This document shows, piece by piece, positions 17,164 to 19,927 of a stretch of DNA of 19,927 nucleotides. The translations under genes were made by a program, and so were the position numbers. The notes beneath the pieces were generated by a model. The model was not told the origin of the DNA and did not search any database. It worked only from the letters and a program-made list of their open reading frames with translations. The stretch comes from Chlamydiota bacterium (GTDB lineage Bacteria; Chlamydiota; Chlamydiia; Chlamydiales; SM23-39): NCBI GenBank assembly GCA_016219355.1, contig JACRNF010000092.1, positions 1 to 19,927 on the forward strand, written 5' to 3'. Position 1 is the first letter of the stretch, and each line of letters starts with the position of its first letter.

Positions 17164-18837
17164 ATGGCAAGTATTCATTTTAAGATTGAAGCAAAACAAT
17201 TCGATCTTCAAGAAACAGACGTATGGTCTCCAAATGAAATTTTCATTGATGGTACACGTTATCAATTATTAGGAGAACCGGAACAACTTGGATATTTACG
17301 AGAAAAGATTCCAGAATTTTCCTCTCATAAAAATATATCTTTTAAAGATCTACAAGCACAATTAATAAAAATAGCGGCCCATGACATTGTAGCAGAAAAA
17401 GCTCATGCAGTGGGCATATCCACCCTATTACCTCAATATCAACGCTTAGAAGAAACAACCAATAAACGGTTAGCTCTACAAAAACAATTTGAAGAAGCTA
17501 CAAAAACGCACCCTGAAGATGTAGAAAGATTACAAACTGAAGTGCTTGAAGCCAAAAAAAACGAAATGAAAGCCTATCTTCGATATATGGAAGTGAAAGA
17601 ACATTTCAGAGGTAGTGTTTTAGTAACACATAATGGAGAAAGACTCATATGCGAAGGTTATGGCCCCGCTGATGAAAAAGGACACCAAAATACCGAAAAT
17701 ACCAGATCTTTTATTAGCTCCATGGGAAAAATGTTAACTGCATCTGCCATTATGCTTCTTGAGCAAGAAAAAAAAATATCTTTGGATGATAAAATTAATG
17801 ATCGTCTTCCAGCTGCATTTCGACATCCATTATGGGAAGGCATTACAATTCGTCATTTATTGACTCATACCTCAGGTATTAGTAGTTATGGTGCCATGCC
17901 GAAAGATGAAATGCGAAGAAAGCCTTTTACTCCAGAGGATCTTTATAAAATAACATTATTACTCCTTTTTATTGATAAAAAAGGACTTTCTGAAACTGAC
18001 GAGATAAACAGTAATCTTCCAGAAAAGTTCCGACATGATAATTGGAAAGGTATTTCTGTAAAAGATCTCTTAATCCATGATCCTAAAAATCCGGCAATGG
18101 AAGGAGATGCGCGATATCAAAATATTGAAAATCTCTATAATTTTATGACTGCAAATGTAAAAGAGATCGGCGGAGATCTTCTTTTTAATCCAGGAGAGAT
18201 GTTTTCTTACAGCAATTCTGGCTATGTGCTTTTAGGACAAATAATAAAAAATATTTCTAAAGAGGGCTCCTATGAAGCTTATATGAAAAAAATGTTTGAG
18301 CGGATAGGGATGCCCCATACAGATTTTTCTACTGATTCTTCTTATGATGAAACATTGAATGCTAGAGGCTTTTGGAAAGTTGAGGACAAACTTGCATTGG
18401 TAGAACATATGCAAATACATGCTTCTAAATCTAATGCCGCAGGCGGTATAATAGTTTCAAATTTAGAAGATATGGAAAAATTTGATGCTGCTCTTTATGA
18501 CGATGCTTTTTTACATCCAGACAGACGAGATAAAATGTTCACAGCTGATCCTAAAATATTTTTTAATCCTAAACGATTTACTTATGATTTCGATGATAAA
18601 AAAAGAGCTCTACCAAAAGCAGGCATAATTTATTCAAAATCTAGTTATGGATTTGGTTTTATCGTAGAAAAAGATAAGGAAATTGTTGGCCATGACGGCA
18701 GCAATATTGGTTTTAACTCATTCTTTATAAGAGATAGAAAAAAACATGATCTTTTTGTTATTTTAGGAAATATTGATCCAAATATAGTTTCAGCTGGCGA
18801 AATCACAAATCATTTAGAAGATATTCTTTATTCTTGA
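17164..18837 (+). CDS. Serine hydrolase of the beta-lactamase/esterase (PF00144-like) family with ~150-aa N-terminal helical extension
   Basis: SxxK motif in FISSMGKMLTA. The LLTHTSG motif is present, followed by the YxN motif (YSNSGY) and HDGSNIGF (K/H-x-G). The N-terminal ~150 aa are a charged coiled-coil-like region. Confidence 0.75.
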   Translation: MASIHFKIEAKQFDLQETDVWSPNEIFIDGTRYQLLGEPEQLGYLREKIPEFSSHKNISFKDLQAQLIKIAAHDIVAEKAHAVGISTLLPQYQRLEETTNKRLALQKQFEEATKTHPEDVERLQTEVLEAKKNEMKAYLRYMEVKEHFRGSVLVTHNGERLICEGYGPADEKGHQNTENTRSFISSMGKMLTASAIMLLEQEKKISLDDKINDRLPAAFRHPLWEGITIRHLLTHTSGISSYGAMPKDEMRRKPFTPEDLYKITLLLLFIDKKGLSETDEINSNLPEKFRHDNWKGISVKDLLIHDPKNPAMEGDARYQNIENLYNFMTANVKEIGGDLLFNPGEMFSYSNSGYVLLGQIIKNISKEGSYEAYMKKMFERIGMPHTDFSTDSSYDETLNARGFWKVEDKLALVEHMQIHASKSNAAGGIIVSNLEDMEKFDAALYDDAFLHPDRRDKMFTADPKIFFNPKRFTYDFDDKKRALPKAGIIYSKSSYGFGFIVEKDKEIVGHDGSNIGFNSFFIRDRKKHDLFVILGNIDPNIVSAGEITNHLEDILYS

Positions 18838-18849
18838 TTTAACATGGAA

Positions 18850-18878
18850 GAACTAGGAAGTTAAGAATTTCCTAGTTC
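18850..18878 (+). terminator. Hairpin just after the serine-hydrolase stop (possible terminator)
   Basis: GAACTAGGAA at 18850-18859 pairs perfectly with TTCCTAGTTC at 18869-18878 (10-bp stem). The loop region between the arms is TTAAGAATT. The hairpin begins 13 nt after the TGA, but no clean U-tract follows. Confidence 0.3.
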
Positions 18879-18920
18879 CTAGGCTTGCAGACAAAAAATA
18901 ATTTTTGTGATAAACAAATT

Positions 18921-18936
18921 TACTGATATACTGATA
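18921..18936 (+). promoter_or_regulatory. Tandem TACTGATA x2 direct repeat between the putative promoter and RBS of the RHH-Doc operon (operator-like)
   Basis: TACTGATA occurs at 18921-18928 and again at 18929-18936. Upstream are TTGCAG at 18884-18889 and a TGTGATAAA extended -10-like element. An AGGAGG RBS follows. Confidence 0.3.
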
Positions 18937-18953
18937 TTTTTAGGAGGTATGCA

Positions 18954-19214
18954 ATGAAAACTAAAAGACGTAAACCAGTCATTTCCAGGACAAAGAAAAA
19001 AACAACTAGAGTCACAGTAGATTTTCCTGTAGCCCAACATAGAAAACTAAAAGCGATAGCTGCATTAGAAGGTATTACTCTACAAGATTACATCCGCTCA
19101 CGTGTGAGCTCAAAATCTGAAGGAAAGGATATTTTAGACGATGAACTCAAACCTATTGTGAAAAAAATTATCAAAGAAAATAGGCATGCTTTAAAAAGGC
19201 TAGCCGATAAGTGA
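18954..19214 (+). CDS. Ribbon-helix-helix (CopG/ParG-like) antitoxin of a Doc-family TA pair
   Basis: AGGAGG RBS lies 5 nt upstream. The basic N-terminus is followed by TRVTVDFPVAQHRKLKAIAALEGITLQDYI, a beta-strand/helix/helix pattern typical of an RHH. Its stop overlaps the start of the toxin gene (GTGA). Confidence 0.6.
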   Translation: MKTKRRKPVISRTKKKTTRVTVDFPVAQHRKLKAIAALEGITLQDYIRSRVSSKSEGKDILDDELKPIVKKIIKENRHALKRLADK

Positions 19215-19597
19215 TTAAATATCTTACACCAGATCAAGTAATTGCATTTCACGACATGTTACTGAAGAGTTTTGGAGGCCTCCCTGGAATACGTGATAAA
19301 AACCTGCTTCACTCTGCATTAGAAGCTCCTAAAGCGTCATTCGATGGTAAAGACATGTATCCCTCGATCTATGAAAAGGCAGCGGTCTATTTATATCATC
19401 TTGCGAAAAACCATCCTTTTATCGATGGAAACAAAAGAACCGCCTATGTTGCTGCTTTGGCTTTTATGAAAGCAAATCATGCTCCAATCAGATTTTCAAT
19501 AAAAAATCTTGAACAGATCGTCATAGATATTGCCGATGGAAAGCTAGGAAAGACACCTTTAATTCATTTTTTTAAAAATGGCATATTGCCAAAATAA
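19211..19597 (+). CDS. doc: Type II toxin, death-on-curing (Doc) family Fic-fold kinase
   Basis: Doc-type Fic motif HPFIDGNKRTA (HxFxDGNKR). GTG start with a 4-bp overlap on the upstream RHH gene. The 128-aa size is typical for this family. Confidence 0.8.
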   Translation: MIKYLTPDQVIAFHDMLLKSFGGLPGIRDKNLLHSALEAPKASFDGKDMYPSIYEKAAVYLYHLAKNHPFIDGNKRTAYVAALAFMKANHAPIRFSIKNLEQIVIDIADGKLGKTPLIHFFKNGILPK

Positions 19598-19621
19598 CGT
19601 CAAACACCTCATGACTGATTA

Positions 19622-19813
19622 TTAGTTTTTAAAAAAAATCTTCTCCATCTGGATAACTCCTATGGCTATCCCATCGGGAAGGATTGCTTTTTCTTCAGCT
19701 ACAAAATCCCATCCCTTTGCCTTATAGAAGGCTAATCCCGAAAGAGTTGCCCCAAGAGTCCCTTTAGAAAATCCATACGTTCTTGCAGGTAGTGTAACGT
19801 TGTTTCTGTAAAT
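19622..19813 (-). pseudogene. GNAT-like C-terminal gene fragment with no start codon (possible remnant)
   Basis: Open frame of about 63 codons, bounded by a stop, with no ATG/GTG/TTG. It encodes ..LPARTYGFSKGTLGATLSGLAFYKAKGWDFVAEEKAILPDGIAIGVIQMEKIFFKN*, which resembles a GNAT motif-A to C-terminus region. The N-terminal two-thirds of a normal GNAT are absent. Confidence 0.25.
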
Positions 19814-19917
19814 TCAGACCAAGGATTTTCTTGAAGGTTAAAAGACTGGAAAAGAAAAGGGTCTGAGATCACAATTCTTCTTTTCAAACTGCTTCAAAGA
19901 AAGGAAAGGAGAAATTT

Positions 19918-19927
19918 ATGATTTCAG
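19918..19927 (+). CDS. Probable 5' end of a downstream gene truncated by the window edge
   Basis: AAGGAG RBS lies 8 nt before the ATG at 19918. Only 10 nt of ORF are visible. Confidence 0.2.

Noticed and set aside
16232-18420. ORFs 16232-16450 (-), 17042-17272 (+), 17658-17843 (-) and 18232-18420 (-)
   Set aside because: They are nested in or overlap the SPFH and serine-hydrolase genes, and have biased composition.
1-19927. CRISPR arrays, tRNA/rRNA genes and IS elements
   Set aside because: I found no regularly spaced repeats of 25-40 bp. I found no GTTCGAATC-type T-arm or cloverleaf candidates. I found no terminal inverted repeats flanking a transposase-like ORF.

Overview
This is a 19.9 kb AT-rich bacterial chromosomal segment, roughly mid-30s % GC by eye (not computed), with genes tightly packed on both strands. 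I support 24 protein-coding genes and one likely gene remnant. I found no rRNA, tRNA, CRISPR array or intact IS/transposase. Several coding stretches are visibly GC-richer than their surroundings, notably 1033-1916 (the GNAT and the small gene upstream of it), 11437-12420 and 14601-15914.

Housekeeping genes recognised by motif:
- uppS (undecaprenyl-PP synthase)
- pgeF/yfiH
- a NUDIX hydrolase
- a VOC/glyoxalase protein
- a classical SDR oxidoreductase
- an MFS transporter
- an SPFH/band-7 protein
- a carboxymuconolactone-decarboxylase-family protein

Many products carry signal peptides, which fits a host-associated, possibly intracellular, organism:
- a HIT protein
- the SDR
- a BNR/sialidase-like protein
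- a putative beta-barrel OMP
- a metallophosphoesterase

Candidate accessory or novel modules:
- A three-gene, GC-richer cassette at 1033-2266: two translationally coupled small unknown proteins upstream of an AAC(6')-like GNAT.
- A 437-aa HExxH protein with a disordered Ala/Ser N-terminus behind a 230-bp AT-rich leader, a candidate secreted metalloprotease effector.
- A PF00144-type serine hydrolase with a ~150-aa helical N-terminal extension and an internal duplication, next to the SPFH gene.
- An RHH-Doc toxin-antitoxin pair with a 4-bp GTGA overlap, next to a GNAT-like gene fragment.
- A 739-bp decayed non-coding stretch at 12421-13159.

All functional calls come from motifs read by eye. 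I ran no database searches.
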